Shown here in pieces: positions 31,116-41,002 of a stretch of DNA of 64,000 nucleotides (position 1 is its first letter; every line of letters begins with the position of its first letter). The notes under the pieces were generated by a model. The model was given only the letters and a program-made list of their open reading frames with translations, was not told the DNA's origin and did no database searches. Source of the stretch: an uncultured Cytophagales bacterium (GTDB lineage Bacteria; Bacteroidota; Bacteroidia; Cytophagales; Cyclobacteriaceae); NCBI GenBank assembly GCA_963719535.1, contig CAVRCH010000014.1, positions 51,914 to 115,913 of the forward strand, given 5' to 3'. The position numbers and the translations under genes are program-made.

Positions 31116-31783
31116 GATGTTATAATTGATTGTAAATAGTTTTTAGTTTTTTCTCCGTAAATGCCATCTACTTTTAAGAAACCACTCATGGCTTGTAACG
31201 ACATCATTGCTTTTTCAGTCTTAGGACCAAAAAAGCCATCTGAAGTGCCTACTTCAAAACCTGCTAATTTTAGCGCATTTTGTAATTGCTTCACTGCCTC
31301 TCCGGCATCATTTTTTTGTAAATCAGGATTGGGTAATTGCATTATTTTTGAAGGGGTTAAGCGCCTGAATCCTAGCAAAGTATGACTTGGATAAGCAGAA
31401 ATGGAAACCTGATTACCCTGATTACCTCCTAAGCAATAGATGCGCGAGGTATCATAAGAATAGCCGAAAAAGAAGCCTACATGACCTTTCCATGAATTCG
31501 GACTTTCCCGCCAGAAGATAACTATGTCGCCGGGCTCAGGATTCCCATCCACCTTCTCTCCTACCAGCAACCATGATCTGGCATTCGCTTTATTGGTTCC
31601 TATAAAGTCGCATTGCTTAGCTACCCAATTCACAAAAATACTGCACCAGGGTGTTTCGTCATCGTTTACCCAATCAAAACCGGCATCTTTTGCATATTGC
31701 AGAATAGTTGGATTATGCTCCTGTGAGCCAGTTATTTCTTTTTCTCCGAGCTGACTGACAGCTATTTTTATGAGCTTATCCAT
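31112..31783 (-). CDS. TIGR02594-type Cys/His peptidoglycan hydrolase with C-terminal peptidoglycan-binding domain
   Basis: DETPWCSIFVNW, ARSWL, GHVGF, LGGNQGNQV; PG-binding repeats DGFFGPKT and DGIYGEKT. Confidence 0.88.
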   Translation of the reverse strand: MDKLIKIAVSQLGEKEITGSQEHNPTILQYAKDAGFDWVNDDETPWCSIFVNWVAKQCDFIGTNKANARSWLLVGEKVDGNPEPGDIVIFWRESPNSWKGHVGFFFGYSYDTSRIYCLGGNQGNQVSISAYPSHTLLGFRRLTPSKIMQLPNPDLQKNDAGEAVKQLQNALKLAGFEVGTSDGFFGPKTEKAMMSLQAMSGFLKVDGIYGEKTKNYLQSIITS

Positions 31784-32309
31784 TGTAGGTATTGGTTTAA
31801 TTGATAGTATTTTAATACTAATTTATATAAAATATATTATTAATCAAATATAAAATATGTTTTAATATTTATTAATTAAGCACAATAGGTTAATGGGTAA
31901 TGTTTGAATAAGATGAGATTGCTCATATTGTTCTGCTAATAATTAATACCAATACCAGATAATTTTATTCGGCTACAGCCGAAGTGGTTACTCTTGCTGA
32001 GGTGGAATAGCGCAAAGATCGGCAGAGTTATTTGCCTAAAGTTTAAAAATAATTGCTAATCATTTACAGTAGCAAAATTCCAATGTATCTTAAAACGCAG
32101 AGCATTTCCTTTGACTACTCGTGGCTTACTGGTTGCATTCAATTGCTTTAGCAATTCTTCTCATTCTTATGAGGAAAGCAAAAATGTCGAAAAAAATCTT
32201 GTGATGATGATATAGCCCGAGCCCAACCCTCTCCAATAGAGAGAGAGATCGACCACGTATTGTATTTATGATAATATAATTTTTAAAACGCCTTCACAAG
32301 ATAATTACA

Positions 32310-32411
32310 AGCTCCGTAGGTGCGACATTATGGTAGAAAAAAAGTACCATGACTGCTCGATTTTGGCGGCATTTTTGCTCCGAAGGAAAACAAAAATGAT
32401 GACAAAATCTA
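32310..32411. repeat. REP/MITE-like palindromic remnants
   Basis: AGCTCCGTAGGTGCGACATTATGGTAGAAAA (32310-32340); imperfect hairpin GATTTTG...CAAAATC (32359-32409), whose right arm recurs at 27826-27850. Confidence 0.55.
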
Positions 32412-32580
32412 TTTGATGTGGCCATTTCTAAAGATGTTCCGTGAGCCCCAGACCGTGGGAAATAGTGTAGGGGAATCAATCAATTCTTCTATTTATAAGC
32501 CTTTGAAAACGCAATGCATTCCCTTTGTGTCCTCGTGCCTTGGTGGTTAACATTAAATTGCTTTAGCGATTCTCCTCTTT

Positions 32581-32615
32581 CAAAAAACAAAAGGACGCCC
32601 TTTCGAGCATCCTTT
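32581..32615 (-). terminator. terminator after aceA
   Basis: AAAGGACGC...GCATCCTTT stem with a T-rich tail on the minus strand. Confidence 0.7.
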
Positions 32616-32676
32616 CCCTATTATATTGACTATGGAAACAATATAATATGATGATTTAAAAACATCATTATCTCAC

Positions 32677-33951
32677 TCAAAATTGCGCCTCTTCCGTAGA
32701 GCCTTTCAGCGCCTGAGTGGAAGCTTTACCTTGAGTAACCGTGCTTTGCACTGCGTCAAAATAGGCAGTTCCTACAAAGGCCTGATGCTTCACTGCTTTA
32801 AAGCCTTTAGCCTGCAATGCAAACTCTCTTTGCTGCAATTCAGAATAACCTGCCATTCCCCGTTCTTTATAAGCTGTAGCTAATTCAAACATGGCCGTAT
32901 TTAATGCATGGAAACCTGCTAAAGTGATAAACTGGAATTTGTATCCCATGTCCGCTAATCGTTCTCTGTATTCCAACATCTCATTTTCAGTCAGTTTAGC
33001 TGCCCAGTTGAAGGAAGGAGAACAATTGTAAGCAAGCATTTTATTAGGATACTTCTCCTTAATCGCCTGAGCAAATTCCCTTGCTTCCCCTAAATCAGGA
33101 TGAGAAGTTTCGCACCAAACCAAATCGGCATAGGGCGCATAGGCCACTCCCCTGCTAATCGCCTGCTCTATCCCATTTCTGACCGAATAAAAACCTTCAG
33201 AGGAACGAGCTCCGGTAATAAATGGTAAATCCCTTTCGTCTACATCGCTGGTGATCAGGTTGGCGGCATCGGCATCGGTACGGGCCACAATAATGGTGGG
33301 AACACCCATCACATCAGTAGCTAATCGAGCAGCTACCAGCTTGTTAATAGCTTCCTGCGTAGGGACCAATACCTTACCTCCGAGGTGACCGCATTTCTTG
33401 GCAGATGATAACTGATCTTCAAAATGAACACCTGCTGCACCTGCTTCAATCATCGCTTTCATCAATTCAAATGCATTTAAATTTCCTCCAAAACCGGCCT
33501 CGGCATCGGCCACAATAGGCGCCATCCAATGCACATTTCCGTCTCCTGTCACTGACTGAATTTGATCTGCTCTAAGCAATGCATTATTAATTCGCTTCAC
33601 TACGTTAGGTACACTATCGACCGGGTACAGACTTTGGTCGGGGTACATTTGCCCAGCCTGATTGGCGTCTGCCGCTACTTGCCACCCACTTAAATAAATA
33701 GCCTTTAAGCCGGCTTGCACTTCCTGGATAGCCTGATTTCCGGTTAAAGCACCCAATCCGGCCACATATTCTTCTGTATTGAGCAATTCCCAAAGTCTTT
33801 CGGCACCTTGCCTGGCTAAACTATATTCTATTTTTACCGAGCCTGATAATTTTATTACCTCTTCTGCTGAATAGGCACGTTCTACATCTTTCCACCTTGG
33901 ATTAGTCGTCCAATCTGTTACTAATTCGTTAATTCTTTCTTGCTTGTTCAT
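32677..33951 (-). CDS. aceA: isocitrate lyase
   Basis: [18 protein letters not shown], catalytic [19 protein letters not shown]. Confidence 0.98.
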   Translation of the reverse strand: MNKQERINELVTDWTTNPRWKDVERAYSAEEVIKLSGSVKIEYSLARQGAERLWELLNTEEYVAGLGALTGNQAIQEVQAGLKAIYLSGWQVAADANQAGQMYPDQSLYPVDSVPNVVKRINNALLRADQIQSVTGDGNVHWMAPIVADAEAGFGGNLNAFELMKAMIEAGAAGVHFEDQLSSAKKCGHLGGKVLVPTQEAINKLVAARLATDVMGVPTIIVARTDADAANLITSDVDERDLPFITGARSSEGFYSVRNGIEQAISRGVAYAPYADLVWCETSHPDLGEAREFAQAIKEKYPNKMLAYNCSPSFNWAAKLTENEMLEYRERLADMGYKFQFITLAGFHALNTAMFELATAYKERGMAGYSELQQREFALQAKGFKAVKHQAFVGTAYFDAVQSTVTQGKASTQALKGSTEEAQF

Positions 33952-34166
33952 GTCAATTATATTTAAGGCCCCCTTTGATCTTCCAAAGGGGGAGAAATTT
34001 TAGATTATTATTTACATTTATAGCGATATTATGCCTCTTTTGAAGATTCAATACTCTTTAGTTAAGGTTTAATTAAAATCCCGAGCCCAAGGCTGGTCGT
34101 TATGTAGCCGAGCGGATTTTCTTAACTTTAGAACATTGCCATCTACTTTTGAAAGACTAATATTAC

Positions 34167-35759
34167 CTATAAAAATGGATAGGCTTTCAATGTCAGAAAG
34201 TCCTCAAATTCTTTATTCATCACCAGGTCTTCCAGTAGAATTGCAGCCAGATCAATTTTAGCTGTGTCTGTTCTTTCTTTACCCAAGTACTCTTTGGCTG
34301 CTTTTAATTCTTCATTCAGTAACCTTAAAAACAACGCTTTATTCAGGATTCTGCCGTTTTTGAATTCTACATTATGGTGGTACCACTGCCATAACTGGGC
34401 ACGACTGATTTCCGCAGTAGCCGCATCTTCCATCAAATTATACAAAGCCGCGGCTCCTGTGCCCTGCAACCAAGATTCTAAGTACAAGAGCGCAACATTG
34501 ATATTGGTGCGCACACCCTTTTCGGTCACCAGGCCATAAATGATTTCAGGATTGGTTAATACGCTGGCAGAGGTTTTGAAATCTTCTCTCATCACCTCTT
34601 TTTGATGCTGTTTTCCTTCTAAAAATGGATTAAAAACCTCCAAAACAGGAGCAATTAGGCCAGGATGAGCCACCCAGGTGCCATCGTAGCCTGCTTCTGC
34701 CTCTAAAGTCTTATCTTTCCTCACTTTATCAAAGGCTCGTCTATTTACCTCCTCCTCTTTGGAAGGAATAAAAGCCGACATTCCACCAATGGCGTGGGCA
34801 CCTCTTTTATGACAGGTTTTTACGAGTAGATTGGCATAGGCTTTCATAAAGGGCACTGCCATGGTTATCGCATCTCTGTCCGGTAAAATAAATTCCGGAT
34901 CGTTACGGAAGATTTTAATAGCGCTAAAAATATAATCCCACCTACCGGCATTAAGACCTGCCATGTGATCTTTCAGCTCATAGATAATTTCTTCCATCTC
35001 AAAGGCCGCTGTTATCGTTTCTATCAAAACAGTCACCTTAATGGTGCCATGGGGAACACCCAACTCCTCCTGAGCAAATGTGAAAACATCATTCCAAAGT
35101 CTTGCCTCCTCATGGTTTTCCAGCTTTGGAAGATAGAAATAAGGACCGCTTCCCGATCTGATTAATTCCTGCGCATTATGGAAAAAATACAGTCCGAAAT
35201 CGAATAAAGAGGCAGAAATGGCACGACCATCTACCTGAAAATGCTTCTCCGGTAAGTGCCAGCCTCGAGGTCTGATTTTCAATACGGCTCTGTCCGCTTT
35301 TAATTGGTAAGCTTTTCCATGAGGCGCTGTAAAATCGATCTGATTTCTGATGGCATCATATAAATTTTGTTGGCCCTCCATAATATTATCCCAGGTAGGA
35401 CTGGTGGCATCTTCAAAATCTGCCATAAATACCTTAGCCTCTGAATTGAGTGCATTAATAATCATTTTTCGATCAACCGAGCCAGTAATTTCCACCCTCC
35501 TATCCTGTAAATCTGCAGGGATGGGTGCCACCGACCAGTGAGCATAGTCTCTAATACGCTGCGTTTCGGGTAAAAAATCGAGTTTTTCTCCTTTAGCGAT
35601 GCGAGAAAGCCTTTGCTGCCGCTTTGCCAATAAGTGAAGTCTCTGATTATTGAATTGCTCATCTAGTTTAAAAAGAAAAGTTTTAGCGGCATCTGTTAAA
35701 AGTGGATGTGCATCACTAAGCATTTCTACATTTTCTCTTGCTCTTGATTTAGTTTCCAT
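34167..35759 (-). CDS. aceB: malate synthase A
   Basis: DRRVEITG, MADFED, GLNAGRWDYIFS, LMEDAATAEISRAQ. Confidence 0.98.
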   Translation of the reverse strand: METKSRARENVEMLSDAHPLLTDAAKTFLFKLDEQFNNQRLHLLAKRQQRLSRIAKGEKLDFLPETQRIRDYAHWSVAPIPADLQDRRVEITGSVDRKMIINALNSEAKVFMADFEDATSPTWDNIMEGQQNLYDAIRNQIDFTAPHGKAYQLKADRAVLKIRPRGWHLPEKHFQVDGRAISASLFDFGLYFFHNAQELIRSGSGPYFYLPKLENHEEARLWNDVFTFAQEELGVPHGTIKVTVLIETITAAFEMEEIIYELKDHMAGLNAGRWDYIFSAIKIFRNDPEFILPDRDAITMAVPFMKAYANLLVKTCHKRGAHAIGGMSAFIPSKEEEVNRRAFDKVRKDKTLEAEAGYDGTWVAHPGLIAPVLEVFNPFLEGKQHQKEVMREDFKTSASVLTNPEIIYGLVTEKGVRTNINVALLYLESWLQGTGAAALYNLMEDAATAEISRAQLWQWYHHNVEFKNGRILNKALFLRLLNEELKAAKEYLGKERTDTAKIDLAAILLEDLVMNKEFEDFLTLKAYPFL

Positions 35760-35787
35760 GTGCTTGTTTTTTAGATGTTTGATTAGC

Positions 35788-35860
35788 CAAATGTATAAAA
35801 GCGAAAAATACTAAACAAGCGAATATTCGCTACACAAATTAATTCGCTATATTAGCGAAT
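35788..35860 (-). promoter_or_regulatory. aceBA promoter (-7 TACATTTG) with palindromic operators
   Basis: CAAATGTA at 35788-35795; AGCGAATATTCGCT (35818-35831); ATTCGCTA-TAT-TAGCGAAT (35842-35860). Confidence 0.7.
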
Positions 35861-36221
35861 GGTTTCATAAAGCCGATAAGAAAGAAAAGCTTTCGAAAAA
35901 AAAATTAAATTATTTTCTTCGCTTGAGAAATGAAGACAAAAGTTGGTTGATTTTGGTGAGAATCATAAGAACTCTAGCCAAAGGCTGGCAGGCTATCTCG
36001 ATCCGCCAGCTGGCGGACCACTTTTCTTACCGATGGGTCGGCACAAGCTTTTGTGCCTGTCCCGATAAATCGGGAAAGAGAAGGAAAAATTGCGCGAATT
36101 GATTCTAAATTATAGATAGAATTACAAATGAAAATTATGAAGAAAGGTGTTGATTTCTTTAGCCAAGGTTCGTGTTTCACGAACCTGTTTTTGATAAGTA
36201 TAAAAATTAATTAAAAATAAT

Positions 36222-37709
36222 ATGTCAGTTTCAGAAGATAATGTACGCCTAATATTTGGATTAAAAGTGCGGCAACTGCGCCAGGAGAAGAAGCTTTCTT
36301 TTGCGCAATTGGCACAACAAACCGGGCTCTCCCCCTCCTATTTAAATGAAATTGAAAAAGGAAAGAAATATCCTAAAGCGGAGAAAATTGGCATCCTGGC
36401 CGAAGCCTTAGGTGTGCAATATGACTGGCTGATTTCTTTACAATTAAGTAAAAACCTGGCTCCTGTCAGTGAGTTGCTCAAATCCAACTTGCTCACAGAG
36501 CTGCCACTAGAGCTCTTTGGATTGGAGCCTGCCACCTTGCTGGAGCTGCTTTCCAATGCGCCTGATAAGCTCGGCGCTTTTTTGAGTACTATTATTGAAA
36601 TCAGCAGAAATTACGGTATGCGGGTGGAAAACCTGTATTTCAATATGCTCCGCTCTTACCAGGAGATGTACGATAACTATTTTCCGGATCTGGAAAAAGC
36701 AGTGGATGCTTTTCGAGTTGAACACCTCAATACCTCTGACTTCCCCTACCCATTAGACACCCTACAAAAACTACTTGAAGAAAAATACCAATACCGTATT
36801 ATTGATCATGTATTGCAAAACCAGCAGGAGTTGAGTGATTTACGCTCAGTATTTATGCAGGGAAACCCTGCTCAACTCTTGCTGAATGGGAAGCTCAACA
36901 CGGGGCAAAAAGCCTTTATTTTAGGACAAGAATTAGCTTATTCCCATTTAAAACTTAAGCCCAGGCCTAAAACCACTGCCTGGTTGGAAGTTAATTCTTT
37001 TGAGGAAGTGCTTAATAATTACAAAGCCTCTTATTTTTCCTGTGCTTTGGCTATTCCCAAGGAAAAACTTATTCCGCAGATAGGAGATTTTCTTAAAAAG
37101 GATCAATTTGATGGGCAATTATTGCTCGATCTTTTAAAAGAATACAGATGTTCTCCTGAGAATTTATTCCACCGGCTGACCAATTTATTACCTAAAGAAT
37201 TTGGCATCAGGGAGTTATTCTTTTTGCGTTTCAATGCAGTGGGTGAAAACCGCTATAAATTGACTAAAGAAATGCATTTATCCGGCTTGCATAACCCCCA
37301 TGGCACGGCACAAGACCAGCATTATTGCAGACGCTGGATTTCCATCGACATCCTACAAGAACTGGATCTAAAAAATAAACAAAGTGAAGCACAAATTCTC
37401 TGCAAGGCACAAAGAAGCAAGTATGTGGATTCAGAAAATGAGTACCTTATCTGGACTTTAGCCAAGCCCGCTGCCAAGGGAAGCCAGGAAAGAAGCAGCG
37501 TTTCTATCGGCTTGCTAATAACACCGGCACTCAAAAAGCGGGTGAAATTCTGGAATGATCCTGCTATCCCCATCCGACTGGTGAATGAAACCTGTGAGCT
37601 TTGCTCCCTGCGTGACTGCGCAGAAAGAGCCGCCCCCGCCCTTATTTATGAAAAAAGACAAAAAGAAGAGACTATGAAGAAGGCTTTAAGGTTGTTGCAG
37701 GGGGAGTGA
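36222..37709 (+). CDS. XRE-family RamB/PrpR (ScfR-type) regulator of the glyoxylate shunt
   Basis: N-terminal XRE HTH (LSPSYLNEIEKG), C-terminal CELCSLRDCAER motif, divergent from aceBA. Confidence 0.85.
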   Translation: MSVSEDNVRLIFGLKVRQLRQEKKLSFAQLAQQTGLSPSYLNEIEKGKKYPKAEKIGILAEALGVQYDWLISLQLSKNLAPVSELLKSNLLTELPLELFGLEPATLLELLSNAPDKLGAFLSTIIEISRNYGMRVENLYFNMLRSYQEMYDNYFPDLEKAVDAFRVEHLNTSDFPYPLDTLQKLLEEKYQYRIIDHVLQNQQELSDLRSVFMQGNPAQLLLNGKLNTGQKAFILGQELAYSHLKLKPRPKTTAWLEVNSFEEVLNNYKASYFSCALAIPKEKLIPQIGDFLKKDQFDGQLLLDLLKEYRCSPENLFHRLTNLLPKEFGIRELFFLRFNAVGENRYKLTKEMHLSGLHNPHGTAQDQHYCRRWISIDILQELDLKNKQSEAQILCKAQRSKYVDSENEYLIWTLAKPAAKGSQERSSVSIGLLITPALKKRVKFWNDPAIPIRLVNETCELCSLRDCAERAAPALIYEKRQKEETMKKALRLLQGE

Positions 37710-37793
37710 GAGAGTTTTTTCTAATCTTAAAATTTGAAAGCACTAATTTGGTTTACCCATAAGGCTGCAGTAGTTCAAGCTGGCTACTTATCA

Positions 37794-37989
37794 AATCAAC
37801 GCCACTATATGAAGCGTAGCGGATTAAAAGTACAAAATTTCAGTTTACTACTGAGGCAATTTGTAGGATTGCTTACTAAATTATTTTCTTAACAGTAAGT
37901 CAATCTAAGGTGCGGATTGACGGGCTTTCCATGAAAAGCAGAACTTTCATTACGCACTGAACAGCCATGATTTATACTTAATATTAGGC
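37794..37989 (-). repeat. attC-like imperfect inverted repeat downstream of mazF
   Basis: minus strand begins GCCTAAT 7 bp after the mazF stop and ends GTTGATT; arms weakly complementary. Confidence 0.45.
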
Positions 37990-37996
37990 TTAGTTA

Positions 37997-38320
37997 TTAA
38001 TCTACAAATATTTCTTTCAAAATGCTTTTAACTTCTTTTATTTCTGGTTTTGATAGCCTTCCCAGCTGTTTAACGATTCTTTGTTTATCTACAGTTCGAA
38101 TCTGATCGAGCACAACCCAGCCTATTTTATTGTCGTGCTTTATTTCAACTCGTGTAGGATAATTTTTTGAACTTGTAGTCATGGGTGCAATTACAATCGT
38201 TCTGAGGTATTTATTCATCTCATTTGGAGAAATAACAACACATGGTCTGGTTTTCTGGATTTCACTTCCGATTGTAGGGTTCAAATTGGTTAAGACGATT
38301 TCGTACTGATTTATTTCCAT
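37997..38320 (-). CDS. mazF: PemK/MazF family toxin
   Basis: LNPTIGSEIQKTRPCVVIS, IAPMTT, LDQIRTVDKQR. Confidence 0.93.
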   Translation of the reverse strand: MEINQYEIVLTNLNPTIGSEIQKTRPCVVISPNEMNKYLRTIVIAPMTTSSKNYPTRVEIKHDNKIGWVVLDQIRTVDKQRIVKQLGRLSKPEIKEVKSILKEIFVD

Positions 38321-38556
38321 TCATTTAGATTTTCATCCTCAAAAACGTCATTAAAAAGTAGTTGATCGTCATTATTCTCAGACATTTCCTTAAATGCTTT
38401 TTCCCATCCCTTCCTAGGTTTGGAAAGTGGCTTAATAATAATTTGCCCTTTTCCTAAAATCAGATCAACCTTATCTTTGATATTGTATTTCTCTAGAATA
38501 GTCTTGCTAAACCTTATTCCTCTCGAATTTCCTATTTGTATCACCGAAACTTCCAT
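38311..38556 (-). CDS. mazE: AbrB/MazE family antitoxin
   Basis: IQIGNSRGIR, PRKGWEKAF; overlaps the toxin start. Confidence 0.92.
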   Translation of the reverse strand: MEVSVIQIGNSRGIRFSKTILEKYNIKDKVDLILGKGQIIIKPLSKPRKGWEKAFKEMSENNDDQLLFNDVFEDENLNEWK

Positions 38557-38572
38557 AATTCAACATTTTAAA

Positions 38573-38588
38573 TGTAATTACAAAGTTA
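38573..38588 (-). promoter_or_regulatory. mazEF promoter/operator
   Basis: -7 element TAACTTTG (38581-38588, minus) overlapping the palindrome TGTAATTACA (38573-38582). Confidence 0.65.
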
Positions 38589-38654
38589 ATACTTTTTATG
38601 AAAACATGAAAATAATTTTATTTCGATCATTGTTACTTTTATTGGAGGGGATAA

Positions 38655-38786
38655 GCCTAACGCTAGGTACATGGATTTGTGGGGGTTTTCGAAGTGCTTT
38701 CGTCTCTGCCCGAGTAAATGTTACTTAAATGTCACTAATTTTTCACTTTCCGATTCACCCGCTATAAGCAATATTTAGTGTTATGT
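38655..38786 (-). repeat. attC-like imperfect inverted repeat
   Basis: minus strand begins ACATAAC 4 bp after a stop codon and ends GTTAGGC (GTTRRRY); ~45-bp arms partially complementary. Confidence 0.55.
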
Positions 38787-38790
38787 GGCG

Positions 38791-39606
38791 TCATTCTTCC
38801 TTCGTAAAAAATAGCCTTACGTTATTATCGGTTTTAACTGGCATACCTTTGATAGTCCCTGGTATCCACCTTGAATAATTGGTCTTTAGTTCCTGAACTG
38901 CAATTTTGAATAAATCATCTCTCAATTTCTCATTCTCCTCTAAATGAGGGACAAAGTTACTAATATAAAATTCCGAAATCGTGCTGTCTTTTGCTATTAT
39001 AAAGCCTAGGTCAAAAAAGGGCCATCTTCCGTATTCAGATTCATCTTTTACGATATTCAGATTATTTACTTTTATAGTTGTCAAATAATCTCCTGTCCTT
39101 TTTAATTCACTTGGTAGTCTTGGTCGTTCAGTCGCAATCCCAATAACGCAACAGTTTTATTTTTAGTATTTGCCTTCGCAAGGAAAAGACTGTCTGCCCT
39201 TGCATGAAGATTTCCCTTAAATTCTGAGCCAAATTTTTCAATGATTACTTTGTCCATGTAGTCTCCATAACATCCTTGAGTCTGTCCTTGAAATACATCA
39301 CACCCCGTCATGTCAAAGTCAAATACTAGTCCGTTTTGATATCCAAAGTTCTGTAAGTTCTGTGTTTCATACCTTATGTAGCCAAATGGAACCCCTGCAG
39401 TCTGTGTAAATCGTTTTTTTCCTTTTTCAATATCCTTCTTAGCTCTGTTAATTTCAGGAATCAAAGTGAATCACTTGAGTTTGGACTAGTTAGCTACTGA
39501 ATTCTTCGGAAAAGTCGTGCTTTGTCTACATTCTTTGCCGTTTCTCCTGCGAACAAGCATGAAGTGAAAGTCAGAGTCAGAATATTGAGAATTAGATGAT
39601 TGTCAC
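38791..39606 (-). pseudogene. frameshifted lipoprotein-like hypothetical gene
   Basis: ORF pieces 39102-39464 and 38791-39084 plus a broken signal-like segment (LILNILTLTFTSC); C-terminal WIPGTIKGMPVKT resembles TonB-C-like ends. Confidence 0.55.
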
Positions 39607-39916
39607 GTTCTACAAATGCCAATAACGGCGGCTATGTGTACCTCAAGATACATACTTTCTATATTTTCCTCCTTTCACTTTCAAATTTTTACAAACAGAA
39701 AATTGCTATGAGTAAATTATAACTCCTAACCTAAACCCTTTACTTCTCATATCCAAACTGTTCATCGACAAACACCGAAAAATACCTGGATATAGGCGGT
39801 GGTTTTCATAAAAAAAGACGGAAATGAGGTGAGGGTTTGAAAATTGTAGGGTTAAATATAGAGTAGTACCAGTGTTAGCAGGTTAGTGATTTGCCCAGCC
39901 TTCACTAAACAATGGG

Positions 39917-41002
39917 TTAGGCTGGCAATGTTGTTACAAGGCCTTTTCTTCTTTTCCCCATTCGTTTTAATAACCTTAAGTGCGATAATAGTCCGCCCCA
40001 ATAAGTTGTTTGGTTTGGTTTTATATTATTTTCAAGTAAAATGGCATACAAGATTCTATTGAGTTTGGGGTAATGAATATGATGAATATGTGGAAACAAA
40101 TGATGTGCTATGTGATTGTTGAAACCCCCAAGAATAAAATTAGCGGTCTCATTAAATGGATGCATATCGTTTGAGCTTTTAATTTGGTTCATTAACCAGG
40201 AGGTTTTGATGTATCCGTTTTCATCAGTTGTTGGGTACTCAGTTTTTTCAACGTGATGTGTCATAAAAAAAGTGAAGAGCAAAAATAAGGATTGCGTTAA
40301 ATGCATTAATAGAAAGCCTGATAAAATAATATACCAAGCTTGTCCTGAAAACAACAAAGGTAAGACAAGAATAAATGTTAAGTAAAAGATTTTTTGTAGC
40401 CAAAACGAAAGATGATACTTTAGGCCTTTATTTTTGGTGTATTCATCTTTGGAAAACAGGATGATGAAATCCTTAATAAAGATCCAAAATAAGGAATAGG
40501 TGGTGTATGCAATTGGCGCATAAATATGTTGATACTTATGATACCAATAATATTCACTATCAGGAATAACTCTGATAAATTTGGTGATTTTTAAGTCTGA
40601 ATCATAATCTTTTACATTCGGTGCATAATGATGTGAATTGATATGCCGTTGTTTCCATGCTTCTGCGTGGGCTCCGACAATAGTGTAAATGAAAATGAAA
40701 CAAATATTATTCAGCTTCCTACTCGTAAAAATAGTGTTATGTGAAAAATCGTGAGAGAAATTAAAGGCAAAAAGTAACGACACAAAGCCATATAAGATAA
40801 AACAGAGTATTAAATACACAGGCTTTTCAATGAAATATAAAAGTGAGTAGGTGAAGATCGAAAGTGAAAAATAAAAAATAAACTTACTCCATATTTTCAA
40901 TAAGAAAACATTATTGTCAACAACAAGCTCTTTGTCAACTTGGCGGTAAATGTATTTGAGCAAATCACTGTCTTGGGGAATATGGATATGTTTATCACGC
41001 AA
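39917..41002 (-). CDS. membrane fatty acid desaturase
   Basis: His boxes HDFSH, HINSHH, HIAHHLFP. Confidence 0.9.
   Translation of the reverse strand: MRDKHIHIPQDSDLLKYIYRQVDKELVVDNNVFLLKIWSKFIFYFSLSIFTYSLLYFIEKPVYLILCFILYGFVSLLFAFNFSHDFSHNTIFTSRKLNNICFIFIYTIVGAHAEAWKQRHINSHHYAPNVKDYDSDLKITKFIRVIPDSEYYWYHKYQHIYAPIAYTTYSLFWIFIKDFIILFSKDEYTKNKGLKYHLSFWLQKIFYLTFILVLPLLFSGQAWYIILSGFLLMHLTQSLFLLFTFFMTHHVEKTEYPTTDENGYIKTSWLMNQIKSSNDMHPFNETANFILGGFNNHIAHHLFPHIHHIHYPKLNRILYAILLENNIKPNQTTYWGGLLSHLRLLKRMGKRRKGLVTTLPA

Larger units (their letters stand above)
27685..32567. repeat. dispersed ~45-70 bp intergenic repeat (GCTAAAGC...TTAACCRCMAAG...RCAAAG), 4 copies
   Basis: 27685-27725 (+), 29453-29497 (-), 32109-32152 (-, degenerate), 32523-32567 (-). 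Confidence 0.7.

Noticed and set aside
29550-31783. Prophage lysis cassette
   Set aside because: No holin, structural, replication or integrase genes are nearby.
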